From assembly GCF_009914755.1 (NCBI RefSeq), contig NC_060931.1: DNA of 64,000 bases, one strand, 5' to 3'. Shown piece after piece: positions 29,846-44,475 of the stretch. The notes below the pieces were generated by a model. It was not told the DNA's origin. It saw only the letters and a list, made by a program, of their open reading frames with translations, and made no database searches. This DNA comes from the human T2T-CHM13v2.0 reference genome, Homo sapiens. Position numbers and translations under genes: made by a program. The first letter of the stretch is position 1. Each line of letters opens with the position of its first letter.

Positions 29846-31566
29846 CTCCCAAATTCTGTAGCCCTACTTTCTGTTTCTTAACATGCTTCTAGCATAACAG
29901 CTATAATTTGCTTCTCACAGATCCTTTGCATCTTTAAAGTTGGGCAAGTTACCTAGAAGTTTGGTAAAAAGAAAATATAAAGTAACTCAAAAAATATTTT
30001 TGAATGCCTATTAGTTGCTGGGTAGTGGGCTAGGCACTGAGATTATGTAGATGAAACACAAAAGTGATAACATAGTGCTTCACTCAATATTACACCTCTG
30101 GGGGCTGAGTTATCTCTGCTCCCAAGATATCTTCACTCTGCTCCCAAGAATAAATTCCCTGTCCATACTGGATCTTGTAGGAAGGGTAAAAGATAGTCTT
30201 TTTCCCTGTGCTTCTTATTGACAAGTCTCAGTCCTAAGGCTACAAGGCAGCTCCCATATATCTTGTTTTTTTTTTTTTCCTTCTGAAGATCCACTGGAGC
30301 CTCTTATGAAGATCCCTCACTGGCTGCCCTAACATGCCAGGACTTCACAGGTGACTAGGAAAATAGGTAACCCCCCACAACACCCTCCCTGTAGTCATAC
30401 AATTTTAATGTCACAGTATGTTTTTATATGTTGTTGGTTGTTTATTTTTTCTCCCTAGATGCCCAGAAGGGTGGATCACAAGATTGTGAATTTGACTTTC
30501 ACTCTAGCACTCTGTACAAGAAAAACTGTATCTGGTAGAGACATGAAGTTATTTTAAATGGGAAAATAAATGATTAGTAAAATGATAGTTATTTTAATTT
30601 TCACTAGAAAAGATAAGACACTTAAATAAAGAGGGAGACTTTCCATCTTTTTGGGAGAGCAAATATGAGGTTGATTTAAAATTTTTTTTAAAAGCCCCAG
30701 CCATGAAACTTACTCTAAACATAACAAATTTGCATTTCCATTTCCAATTTAGCCTTATAGTCCTGAAAACATTTCTCCTTCCAAAGATTTTTGGTATTTC
30801 ATCTGCTACTAAACAACATGCTGCCGGATAATTAAAGAGCCACATTTGGGGTGTTTTCAAGAATCTCCGTGTGTTCCTGGGATGGTTCCACAGAACTTCA
30901 GATTACATCGTCTGTTATACATTGTTAAAGGGAATTGTTGAAATCAGAGACGTCCATTGAGCCCAGAAAGAACCAGAGGAGCAACAATAATAGCTGGATG
31001 CTATAAATGCCTCAGTATTTGAACTCATCTTTCAATCATTGCACTCACCGTAGGTAGAATATTCAGCAAAAGGACGTTTGCCACAGAACCATCATCTGTT
31101 TCTCACTCTGCAGTGTCTGACAGTGAGTGAGATCGGCTCACTTTGATACTGAATGTGTTGGTTGGAGATAATTAATTCCCAGCCTGTGTGAGTTAATCAT
31201 TGTTTCCCCACTTTTCTCAGCTTTAATCAGACTCCCATGAGCCTTCCACTGAGCATGCTCACAAGAGCATTCACGTGCCCCTTGTTATTGCTGTCAAATC
31301 CCGTATGCGAAAGGAATCTACTTTACAGAACGACAGCACAGCATTCTTCACTTAACAGCAACTAGATTCTACTATTCAATTTATGGACTAAAGTTGACAG
31401 ATATAGCCAATTGGCCATTGATAATAGTACAACATACAATAAAATTATATTTTAAGACAGTGCCAACTTGAGTACCTTTCTTCCATATAAACAATTCACA
31501 AGGTCCCTCATGGAGGAGGAACACTGTTTTCTGATTATCCTGTAATTGGTACAAAATATTTCACTA

Positions 31567-32244
<678 letters not shown>

Positions 32245-33814
32245 TAAAATATTAAAAAAAAAAAAAAAAAAAAAAAAGAAGCCTAAGTATTTCTGACTCT
32301 TCAATACTAGAACCTAGCAGCTAACCCAGGGAAGGCTACTCAACAAACAGCTATTGAACTAAAATCTTTCCACGTTTGTTCAATTGAAATGGTTGTTTTA
32401 TCTTTACCCTGACTTTTATCTGCTTGGAATATCCCTCTGGCAATAATGCTGTATTCTGACACACAGTTCTTTTTAAGTACTAAGTTACATTGCTGTTGGA
32501 GTTTTAGATTTTGAATATTCCCCGTGTGGGCATTTCAAATGATAGATGGAACACCTATGCCACTAAAAATTTTTAACTACGTGAAAGAAAAATTTCTCTA
32601 CTTGTTTCTCTTCAACCATAATATTTTTAATCAGTACTGAGATGATAAATTAAACTAAATAGATTGCTCAGTTGATTTTTTGTGTGTTACTGCCGACTTT
32701 ATTTTTCTTACGATCATTCTGACATTCTTCTTTGGTTAAAAAGAAAGAAAACTCAAAAAGATGTACCCTTTGAATTAAAATTTTGATAAAGATATAGAAA
32801 GAAAGAAAAAGAGAAAAGGGGAAATGAAGAGAAGGGAAGGAATTCAAAGATGCTTTGATATAGATATGAAAGATCTTGGCTTGAGCCTTCTGTTCTCTGT
32901 AGGGTCCAGACCCTTCCAGACACATTCATTGATCTAGGGGGATAGGGAAGCCTCACAGGCCTGTTGATGTGGCTGCTAAGGAGCCTCCGGAGAACACACT
33001 AGTTCTGTTTATTGCTGGCATGCAGAAACATCTGGCACTTCTCAAGGCCAGGTGAAGGGGATAATGGGATCCTGGGGTAAGGAGAGGTGTGAAGAGCCTA
33101 TTTAGAGAAAACTCAACCTAGGAAAGAAGACACTAGGTACTTTGACCTTTAAGTAGCCACTGAAGTGGGGTGGGGACTCCTAATAACAAGACAATAACTA
33201 TACCAGATCTACCCAGCCTCACCTTCAGACCCATGTCTGCATCTGCAGAGAAGAAAGCTGTGAGTAGAAACAAAAAGAGCTGCTTCTCTAAACTGTCAGG
33301 GGCATTAGGCACAGATGCCCCATTGTCAGGGGGTCCCCCACATTCCTGAAGGTCGCTGTGTGACCTTGGCACTTGGCCACTGTCAGAGTGGACACTTGTG
33401 TTCAGCAAAGCAATCCAAAGCAATGGCACATTCACTGTGGCTGGTGGGACACTGTGGAGTGACCAGCCAAGTATAGTGGCAACAGGCAGAGAGGACGGCC
33501 ATGCCTGGGGGATGGGAAGAAGAGTAGTGAGGTTCAGCAGCATCACATGGTCACCAGCGCAATAGTACACATGAGGAACACCTTCTGGGAACACCCAGTT
33601 GTTGTCAGGTGGACTGGAGATGCTGTGAGAGCAAGCAGAGGCACTGGGCCAGCAAAAGGTCGGTCTGAGTGTGTACTGGTCTGTCCCATTTATCCTCCAG
33701 GGGTGACTGAGGCCTGGAGACACTTGGGATAGACAGAGAAAAAGGAATCCTGAGGAGATGTCCTTATCAAATGAAGTAGGTAAAGAAATTTTTGTTTAAA
33801 ACATCAGGAAAACT

Positions 33815-34118
33815 GGCCAGGTGCACTGGCTCATGCCTGTAATCCCAGCCCTTTGGGAAACCAAGAGGAGCAGATTGCCTGAGCTCAAGAGTTTGAGACC
33901 AGTCTGAGCAACATGGAGAAAGCCCGTTTCTACCAAAAAATACAAAACATAGCCAGGTTTAGTGGTGCATGCCTGTGATCCGAACCACATAGGAGGCTGA
34001 GGTGCAAGGATTACCTGAGCGGGAGAAGTCAGGGCTGTAGTGAGCTGTGATTGTACCACTGCACTCCAGCCTGGGAGACTAAGTGAGGCCTTGTCTTAAA
34101 AAAAAAAAAAAAAAAAAA
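33815..34118 (+). mobile_element. AluJ
   Basis: Diverged Alu, 'gtcagggctgtagtgagctgtgatt' J-type right arm. Confidence 0.93.
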
Positions 34119-34324
34119 GAAGTCGGGAAAATCAGTGTAAAGCATTGAAAATCACACATGTATGAGGCACCCACGTGTGCCAGTCTCTCTGCTGGGTGCC
34201 TTCCGGGCCTGCCTTATGTGCTCTCAGCCAGCTCTGTGAAAGGGCATCACGTGATTAAACAAAAGCTCAAGGTGTTTGAAAATAACATTTCTAAAATCAC
34301 AAAACCAGTGATAGTGGATATTCA

Positions 34325-34822
<498 letters not shown>

Positions 34823-34995
34823 TTAAAATCATGCAAACCAAAATTTGAAAAGTGGTAGGGATCTACCGTATGATCTGTCGAGATCACCAAGAGATTGTCT
34901 GCCCTGGGCCTCCCTTTCAGAGGAATCGCTGCTTCCGTGCCCCTTGGCTTCATTCTCATAAATCACCTGGATTGGGTGGAATTCTAGGTGGGCCC

Positions 34996-35416
34996 TGTTT
35001 TCCTGTCCTAGGGCTGCTGTAACAACATATCACAAACTGAGCGGCTTCAACAACAGAAATTTCTTCTCTCACAGTTCTGGAGGCTAGAAATCTGAAATCA
35101 AGACATCAGTGGGGCTGTGCTCCCTCCAGATGCTCTAAGGAGAATCCCACCTTGCTTCTTTTAGTTTCCAGGGGTTGCCAGCATTCTTGGTGTTCCATGG
35201 CTCATGGCAGCAGCCCATCTCTGCCTCCGTCTTCACACGGCCTTCTTCCCTGCGTCTCTCTCTGCCCAAATTTCCCCTTCTTGTAAAGACACCCCCAATC
35301 CAGTATGACCTCATCTTAACTCAATCACATCCACAAAAATCCTATTCCCAAACAAAGTCACTTTCACACGTCCCACGTGGACATGAATTTAGGGGTGACA
35401 CTATTCAACTCAGTAC
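34996..35416 (-). mobile_element. MLT1C-like LTR
   Basis: 'gggctgctgtaacaa...ctcacagttctggaggctagaaatctgaaatcaag','tatgacctcatcttaact'. Confidence 0.85.
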
Positions 35417-36250
35417 TGTCCTCCAAGATCCCCACCTTCTGGTGTACATGTCCCAAATAATCCCCTCTCCTCAAGTGTAAGCAGCACCTGCAAATATGAC
35501 GGGTTAGTCACTTCTTTTTTCTTCTTTCTCTCCTTTTTTTTTTCTTTTGAGAGGGAGTCTTGCTCTGTCACCCAGGCTGGAGTGCAGTTGGCGCCACCTG
35601 GCTCCACCTCCCAGGTTCAAGCGATTCTCGTGCCTCAGCCTCATGAGTGACTGGGATTACAGGCACACCACCAAACCCAGCTACATTTTTTTTGTATTTT
35701 TAGTAGAGATGGGGTTTCACCATGTTGGCCAGGCTGGTCTCAAACTCCTGACCTTAAGTGATCCGCCTGCCTTGGCCTCCCAAAGAGGGTTAGTCACTTC
35801 TGGGATTCCATGATATTACAGAAGACTCCATCGCAGCAGGCTGGAGAGAGCTTTAAGTGATGGTTTTGAGGAAGGGCCTGATTAAGAGCTTTTTCCTGAT
35901 GGCTTTGAGGAAGCACATGGCCATGCTGTGGGAGAGCCACATGGTTAGGACCTGAGAGTGGTCTCAAAGAGCTCAGAGCAACCCCCAGCTAACAGTCAGC
36001 AAGAAAATGGGACCTCTGTCCTATAACCACAAGGAGTTGAATGACCTCTGCTGACAACCAGAGTTCTGAATGGGCTTGAAAATGGATTGAGCACCTCCAG
36101 ACAAGAAGTCAGCCTGCTGAGACCTGAGTGGGGAACCCAGTGAAGCCATACCCAGATTCCCCACCCATAGGATGAGCTGATAATAAATGCGTATCTTTTC
36201 ACTGCTAAATTTGTGGTAATTTGTCATGTAGCAATAGAAAACTAATGCGT
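35417..36250 (+). mobile_element. MLT1E/F-like LTR interrupted by an Alu
   Basis: 'cagcaagaaaatgggacctctgtcctataaccacaagga', end 'gcaatagaaaactaat'. Confidence 0.8.
35516..35785 (-). mobile_element. 5'-truncated AluS
   Basis: Perfect 15-bp TSD gggttagtcacttct at 35501 and 35787. Confidence 0.95.
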
Positions 36251-36679
36251 CATCCAGTGTCTTTTTCCCTTTAGATTGGTCTGCAGATGGCTCAAACAAA
36301 TTATAAAGATGTGAAATTTGGAGGAGAGACAATAGGGCTAGAAAACTTTGCATCTGATTTAGATTTGTCTTCCCATTTGGAGCGGCTCTGAATGGTTCCT
36401 GGCTTTATCATGACTTGGTAGTTATTGTGTCCCATATATCTTCCCCAACCATTTGCCCCACCCCACTTAAGGAAATCAAAACTGGTTTCTGTTGTTTGCA
36501 ATCAAAAGCACCTAATTAATTCAAAACTATAGAGTGTAAATGTTGTGGAAGTGTATATTAAGTTACCTATATGATAGTGTGAGACTAAAAAAAATGAAAA
36601 TCATAAACTTTAAAGAAAGATTTCAGCTAAGAAAATTAGTACTATTATGTGGAGGTGATAAATGAGTATTGTATTATAT

Positions 36680-36880
36680 TATATTATATTATAGTTACCA
36701 GGCTGTGTACTTTACATATATAAGCTCATTTAATCCTTACAAAGACCTCATCGGATAGGCAGTTGCTACCTTTAATCTCGTTTCTCATTTACAGATTTAA
36801 CAAGTGATCAAGCTGGGATCTTAACCCAGGTCTGTCTGACTCTAGGGCCTGCCTTTTAAATCACTAAGCAATATTGCTTC
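36680..36880 (-). mobile_element. MIR
   Basis: 'ctcatttaatccttac','aacccaggtctgtctgactctag'. Confidence 0.75.
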
Positions 36881-37176
36881 CAGCAAAATAATTAGTGCCA
36901 TATATTGTCCTCAAGCCGTAACCTTGGGTTTAAGAGTCTCTTAGTCTACCAAATGAAAGAAGAATAAAAATCGTCTTGTAAATAATGAAATAAAATCCAG
37001 GTAAAATTAAACAAATATATTTTCTAACGACGTCAAAAAAAATGAAAGCCATTTGTTTTGGAATAGGATTTATCAGACTCTGCCTGGTTTCCAGGTACCC
37101 CTCAGTGTCCCTCCCCACCACGAGTGACACTACTGACCCCTCCACCTGTGTTTCAGTTCGGCTCCGGTTTCTAGGG

Positions 37177-37351
37177 CCAAGGCTCTCAGCCTGGGCTGTA
37201 CATTAGACCCACCTGGGGGCTTTTAAAATCCTGGAAGCCACCCAGTTTGTGATACTTACATCAGAATCCCCAGGTGTGGGGCTCAGGCTTTGGTATGTTC
37301 TTCTGGTTCTCCGGGTGTTCCCATTTTGCTGTCACAGCTTCGAGAACACTG
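37177..37351. mobile_element. MER5-type hAT MITE
   Basis: 'ctctcagcctgggctgtacattaga..cacctgggg...gagaacactg'. Confidence 0.7.
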
Positions 37352-38295
37352 CTCCAGGATTCACGCAGACCTCGGGCAGAAAGACAGAAAGGCTTCTAAC
37401 CTAGCCTTTGCTTCTAGTCATATATGCTGTCTGCAATGCAGCTTGACTGGGGACCCCAGGGCACAAGGCTGGACTTCCACTTTTACCTCCAGACCCAGGC
37501 TCCGTCTTGTGCATCAGTTCTAGTTACAGAGACCTCCTTCTCATTGAGTCTGAGTTCCCGTTTTAATAACCTGTGCCTCACTCCACTTCCTACAAGTTTG
37601 GGGGTTCATCTGTCTTGCTTTGTCTTGTTCTCCCTGAACCAGAGTTCTACCTACAACCTACTAAATGGCCTAGACCCTGCCATTCATGGACAGCTGTTCC
37701 TGAAACCACCACCCATTCCTGCATCAACCTTTGCTGGGCTTTGCACACTAAGCACACCTGACCGTTGGTGGTCATTAGCTGCCTGACTACGTCATTGTCC
37801 TCCTTGTTCTGGACTTTTCCTAGTCCCCTCCCTGGGCTTGCCCCCAGCTCCCATCCTGTCCCCCACTGTCAGTTTCTCTGCACCTGTCACCACATTGCAC
37901 TTTGTGGAATCCTCTCACAATCAAGGCGGAGCACTTGCTGAAAGTAAGCAGTCACTCGCTTGTAGAAATTAATACATTTCATCCCAAAACAATTTAGTAG
38001 TGTTTGAAAATGCATTGAAGAATATGTGTCATTTACACTGCCTATTACACAACAGATCAATAAGAGAATACCTGTATTTTATATAATTAAATATATGTTC
38101 ATTCATTCACCTGAAAACAGATTATAAGAAGCAGGAGTGAATGCAAGAAGAACTGTTGGAAGGAAAACTGTATCAGTCCAGATGCATTTGGCATGGACTA
38201 ATGGGGTTACAGCACAGACAAAAAGAAGTGGGTGGATTCAGAACAAATTCGAGAAGCATAGCTGATACGAGGAAGGGTCAGAGGTATAAGAAAGC

Positions 38296-38625
38296 TGTTA
38301 TGGACTGAATGTTTGTATCTCCTCAAAATCTGTATATTGAAATCCTAACCCCCAATGTGATGGTATTAGAAGGTGGAGCCTTTGAGAGGTAATTAGGTCA
38401 GGAGAGTAGAGACCTCAGGAATGGAATTAGTGCCCTCATAAAAGGGACCCCAGAAATCCCAGTTCTCTTCCCACCACATAAGGATACAAGAAGAAGACTC
38501 TCACTGGAAGTGACCACACTGACACGGTGATCTTGGACTTCCAGCTTCCAAAACTGTGAGAAATAAATTTTTGTTGTTTCTTAGCCACTCAGCCTATTGT
38601 ATTTAGTTATAGTCTAAAACTGAAG
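38296..38625 (+). mobile_element. MLT1A/MSTD-like LTR
   Basis: 'tgttatggactgaatgtttgt...cccaatgtgatggtattagaaggtgg','tcttggacttccagc..ccaaaactgtgagaaataaa'. Confidence 0.88.
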
Positions 38626-38852
38626 TGAAGATGCCAGAACCACTTTATAGATGGGAAGTTAAGCGAATGGTTAAAGGTAACGCCTTCTACTGAGTTAGTG
38701 AAGATGGGGGAAGGACAGATTCAGCAGAAGATACCAGGTGATCTGTGGATAAGTTTAAAGTGCCTATTAGGCACCCAATCACTAAATAACCTGTTACACA
38801 TTCAATATCCTGGGCAATTTACGCGGCAAATAAAAAAGACATAGCATCCCCA

Positions 38853-40034
38853 CACGTTCTCCCCATGTCTGTGTGGGTTTTCTCCAGGTGCTCCAGTTTT
38901 CTACTATATGTGCGTGTTAGGTTCATTGACATGTATACATGGTACCAACATGAGAGAGTAAGCGTGTGAGTGGCCCTGCTATGGGTTGGTATCTAGTCCA
39001 GGATTGGTTCCCACCGTCAGCTACCCAGATAAGCTCTGGCATCCCGCAATCCTGAACTGGAATAAGCAGGTTGGAAAAGGAATGAGTGAATGAATATAAA
39101 CTATGGTCAAATAAAAATTAATAAAGGAGATGACAATCATACAGATGCCCAACAATAAATGATGTGTACAAAAGTGCTCAAAAAGGACAACCGATTGGTG
39201 ATTTTTTTTGAACTTTGTGGTGGCAGGAGGTACTCTTACGATTTTTGCTTTGCAAATATTTATTTCCTGATTTAACTCACCACCACTATGACCACCATCA
39301 CTTACTAATTCAACAAAAATGGGCAAATAATTTTTACCTTTAAAAACTAATCTTTCTTAAATGTATGTATAGCTCACATGGATTATGTTAGAAGTGTTGG
39401 CGTCTTTAGAAGTTTGGTGATGTTTTTAATTCTCGTTTTTATCAATTAACCTATGGTAAAACTGGTTTTGCTATATGCCGTTTCATTTGAAGTCACAGTT
39501 TGTAAGAATCTATGTTGTGCAGAACCCCTATCAGCTCCCATGGGGATGGCACCAGGTTCAAGAGGCCAAAGAAGAGACCCAGAGCCAGCAAACAAGACAT
39601 GGCGTTTCACCGAGGCTTACATACAGAAGACAGAGCCCATTGGCAGCAGGATGGACAGACGTGCCCTATATACAGTCCAGTGGTGAAGGGCTGAGCAGGA
39701 GAACTGCAACCACTTGCAAAAGGCATGCAGTTTATGGAACATTTTCACTTAATATCCTCCCCCTGACAACCTCCCTCTGGCAACCTTCATTCAACCCGAA
39801 ACTCGGAGGCTCGATTCCCCTATATGGCCTATGTTCCATGGGACAGGAAGGGGGCTCAGATGTTCCTCATAAACAAGGAACAAATCTCCAGCTGGCCATT
39901 CCCAGTTTCCCTAGCTCAGAACACACATTCAGGTGCATCTGTCATACAGGGTCATCCTCAGGGTACGCTAAAGTTATTGCTCTCAGGTGCATTTACCATA
40001 CAATCTATAGACAATGTTAAGTGAAAACTTACTG
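38853..40034 (+). mobile_element. MER6 (Tigger-family), 5' end missing, split by an LTR
   Basis: 'cacgttctccccatgtctgtgtgggttttctcc...cctgaactggaataagc' and terminal 'gttaagtgaaaacttactg'+TA. Confidence 0.88.
39513..40002 (-). mobile_element. Solo LTR, LTR47-like (ERVL), copy 2
   Basis: TG...CA ends, perfect 5-bp TSD ATCTA (39508, 40003); minus strand starts TGTATGGTAAATGCACCTGAGAGCAATAAC. Confidence 0.85.
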
Positions 40035-40462
40035 TACTCTGGCTGTGAAACAGTGTTGTCAATACTATTCTATTGTTACTACTTTCAACAACTTGGCAAA
40101 AAAACCTTTGATAGTTATTTGGTATTGAACACACACGTCTAACTTGTTGTCCGTGTAATTGCAGGGTCTGTCAGTGGTAACGTGAACAGGAGCTGGGGAG
40201 GCATATTTGTGAGAAGCCAAATCTGAGTGCTGTCACATTTCATCCTGTCTGCTGACTAATATCCACGTTTGGGAGGGAAGTTCTCCGAATGTCTTGCTTC
40301 TTTTTTCATCCTCAACCGTGACTGTGTTACCCCGCTCTGACCGTGGCATAGCATCCTGACATGAGAGTACTTCCAGCTCTTCAGGGTATTCATATTGCAG
40401 AAGTTTTGAGTTTAAACAACTGTGGAAAGTATATTATTGCTAATTTTTGTTGAATTATTATT

Positions 40463-40751
40463 TTATTTTTAGAGACAGGTTCTTGCTCTGTCACCCAGGC
40501 TGGAGTGCAGTGGCACAATCATAGCTCACTGTTAACTTGAACTCCTGGGCCCGAGTGATCCTCCCACCTCAGCCTCTTGAGTAACTAGGACTATGGGTAC
40601 GCACCACCATGCCCACCTAATTTTGTTTGTTTGTGGAGATGGGGTTTCACTACCCTGTCCAGACTGATCTCAAACTCCTGGCCTCAAGGGACCCTCCTGC
40701 CTCGACCTACCAAACTGCTGGGTTAACAGGCATGATCCACCATGACTGGCC
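40463..40751 (-). mobile_element. AluJ
   Basis: 'aatcatagctcactg' J-type; TSD ttgaat(t/g)attatt. Confidence 0.93.
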
Positions 40752-41070
40752 TTGAATGATTATTGTAGAAAATTGGGAAATAATTATAATAAAGGAAAAA
40801 AAGCATCATTTGTGATACCATCAGGCCAGAGGTAGACACCCTTGATGCTTTGATGCATTTTCCTCAACTCTTTTACATGTGTGCATATATATTTTTTGCT
40901 TTTATAAAATTGGGGGTTTCCTGCTTTTTTCACTTAAAGGTGTATCATATGCATTTTCCTGTATCATTACTTTTCTAAAACATGATTGTTATTGACTGCA
41001 ATTATATGCATATCTCATAATTGTTTAGCTATTGTAGATTATAAGCCTCAAGACAAATTTTAAAAAATAA

Positions 41071-41368
<298 letters not shown>

Positions 41369-41404
41369 AAAATAATGTATTTATAATGATTGTTTATGGG
41401 ATGG

Positions 41405-41590
41405 AGTTTACTGCTTTGGAATTAGAGGGACTGAGGTTTAAGTCCCCTCTTATGAGATATTTGACCTAGGCAGAGGACCAATCCTCCCAGCCTCACCTGT
41501 AAAATGGAGCTAATTTAAATAACTAGGTTATTGTAAGAATTACATGATATAATCTCTGCACCCAGAAAAAGTACATAGAAAGCTATTACA
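41405..41590 (+). mobile_element. MIR
   Basis: 'tgacctaggca...cacctgtaaaatggag...ggttattgtaagaatta'. Confidence 0.65.
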
Positions 41591-43918
41591 ATTGATTTGT
41601 TTTCAGAAAGCTTGGAGCTAGAAACTCGCATACCTATACATAATATAAAAAAAGAATTTTGGAGAGGTCCTACAGTGAAAAACCAAGGATATTTGTTGTG
41701 AACCTAGAAAAATGTCCTGGCACAGGGGCATAAAAAGGTTAACTTTTTGCATTTTAGAGTGTCCACAATGCGGTGATGTTTGGCCCTTTCACAAGTTAAA
41801 AGGATTGAGTTAAAGGGAGCAATGATCTCTAGAAATAGGGTTTGGTGGAGTCTCTAAAGGGGTGTGTGTGTGTGTGTTCTGTTTTTAAAAACTGGAAACT
41901 TCTCTGCTAAATGTTCTGTAAACAAGCTCTGTTGGATTAGCAGAACTTGCAAAAATTATGGTGACTGAAACCAGAACCATTGGTATGCTCTAGCATGCTG
42001 TGGTTTTCAACCCTTTCTAAAAGTCTCTTATGCAAAGCAGATTTCAGCAAAGCTGCTCTGGTGGAAGAGGGAGACATGCCCCATGCCCACTCTGCTTTTC
42101 CTCAAAATGCCATCCTCTCCCCTCCACGCGGTGACAGGGAACTGAGAGACCTAAGCTCCCAACCCAACGATCCCACTAACTGGCTGCGTGTGATTTTGAA
42201 TAAGTACTGACCTCCATATTTTCATTTCCCTTGCCCATGAATGAGATGACTAGGCACTAAGGTCCCTTCCACTCTAATAGCCATGATTTTCTGAGTCTTC
42301 ATATTCGCTTTTCCTGGAGTCCCTCCAGCCTCCCTGAGCTATGAGAACTCCACATTTGGCCTCCAACATTGGCAGAGATTATGCCTTTTCCCTTATCCAA
42401 GAGGAGTCAGAATTTTCGTGGTAACTAAATGATACTGTATCTGGTGCTGTAAAAGAGATTATAGGCTGTGACTGTCCAGATTTGCAATGTGGTTTGGGGG
42501 AAACTTTAGGAGAAATAAACATTGGGAGCTACAGATAAGGAACCAGTGCTAAGAAGGGAAGGGGCAGGATTTCTGTGAATAATCACAATGTCAATGACAT
42601 TAAACAAACAACACGCATATATAGTTAACAATCAGAATTAATTATATTTATATCTATGTCTCAGACACTTTTTGCAGTAGCATGAGAACAGTGATCCTCC
42701 CTCAATTCTGAGTCAGGATTTAAAATTCCAGAAATCCTTCCACCCCCACCCCACATACACACAGAAATTTCAAATTCAATTGATGTGGGTAGAGCCTAGC
42801 TTCCAGTATTTTGGGGATTCTGAAGTCAGCCAAGGTTGAGAATGGATGTATTTAGAGAACTAATGTGCCTGTCTGTTTCTTCATGGAGGCAGACATTTCC
42901 ACGTGCCCATCAAAAGCAAATAACAAAACTGAAATCCTTTTATCATTTACCTGACTAAATCTCACTTTCAGAGGCTGTCATTACTGTTGCAGTATTACCT
43001 AACTCAGGCTTGGCACACAAGAGACAGTTAATATTTATACTGTTTACAAAACCGTTCAATAAGTACTGGGACCGTGGCACACAGAGAAGAATTTGCTGCA
43101 TCATGATCTCATTTCAATTCCCTGATGGCAGTTCAGCCATCTGTGTGACAAAGTTCAGGGACTTTGGACTATCAAACCTTCAGACTTTGTGAGTCCCAGA
43201 TCATAGCCCCTTATCTTCAAGAATGTAACTTAAAAAAAAGTTTGGAGGAGCAGGATAATAATGCTCCAGCTGAACTTATTCCCTGGCACCTGGTGACCTT
43301 GTTTATTCCAGAAGGATTGGCATCCCCCATTAAACCACTGTGCTTCCAGCAGCTGTCCTTAAATGATTAATGTAAGCAGGCAGATAAACCTTAGGTCATT
43401 CCTAAACCAGAGAAGTATCTGCAAATTAATACACAAGCTTAACCTCGTTTTACTGGGGTTGAAGATTTTCTTGAACTGATGTCCATCTGACATCACTGCG
43501 GGGCTAAGACTATACTTACTCTAAATCATACTCTGCCAGGGCAGATTCAATCACTCGTTTGCTTAACTCAGTTAACAAGCCCTTATTCCCACAATAGCCC
43601 ACTTGCCACACAAGTAATACTCCTCAAAAGACTCTTTAAAGTTGACTGGGAAGCAACCTTCTGCTTTCTTCCATGCCACTAAGACCAAAAAAAAAAAACC
43701 AAGTGTCACAAATAAAGAATTTCAATGAAGAGACCTAGTAATTGGATTCTGTCTGTCCTGAGTTTTCAATCATACTCCAAAATCTGACTTTTCTAAAATA
43801 CATAATACCTTCCAATTTTGAAAGAGAGCTCAATAAATAATTTCTTAAAAATATTATCTTTGCCTCAATAATTCCATTCCCAGCGCTTTATAATCTGCCT
43901 TCTTTCCTCTCTTCCATA

Positions 43919-44004
43919 AGGGAAGGAGGAAGGAAGGAAGGAAGGAAGGAAGGAAGGAAGGAAGGAAGGAAGGAAGGAAAGAAGGAAAGAAGGAAAGAAG
44001 GAAA
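43919..44004. repeat. (GGAA)n microsatellite
   Basis: 13 consecutive GGAA at 43928-43979 plus flanking GAAGGAAA units. Confidence 0.97.
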
Positions 44005-44172
44005 CGTGTTACACATATAGATGGGCTTCAAACAATAAAGAGATTGGTTAAGTCAAGTGTACTATACCAACCTGATGAACAGTTATAAAATAATTGTGAA
44101 CACTATAGAATGACATGAAAATGCTAATGTTTACCAAAAAAGCAAAATACAACACTACATAACAATACATCT

Positions 44173-44475
44173 TTCTTTCTTTCTTTTGAGACAGAGTCTT
44201 GCTCTGTTTCCCAGGCTGGAGTGCAGTGGTGTAATCTTGGCTCACTGCAACCTTCACTTCCTGGGTTCAAACGATTCTCCTTCCTCAACCTCCTGAGTAG
44301 CTAGGACTACAGGCGCGCACCACCATGCCCAGCTAATTTTTTTTTTTTTGTATTTTTAGTAGAGACGGAGTTTTACTATGTTGGCCAGGCTGGTCTCGAA
44401 CTCCTGACCTCGTGATCCACCCACCTCAGCCTCCCAAAGTGCTGTGATTACAGGCGTGAGCCACCATGCTCGGCC
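44173..44475 (-). mobile_element. AluS
   Basis: Reverse Alu; TSD aacaatacatct (44161, 44478). Confidence 0.97.

Noticed and set aside
39475-40020. 181-aa ORF (and the related 129-aa ORF at 19538)
   Set aside because: Both lie antisense within LTR47-like LTRs; shared peptide pieces reflect repeat homology.
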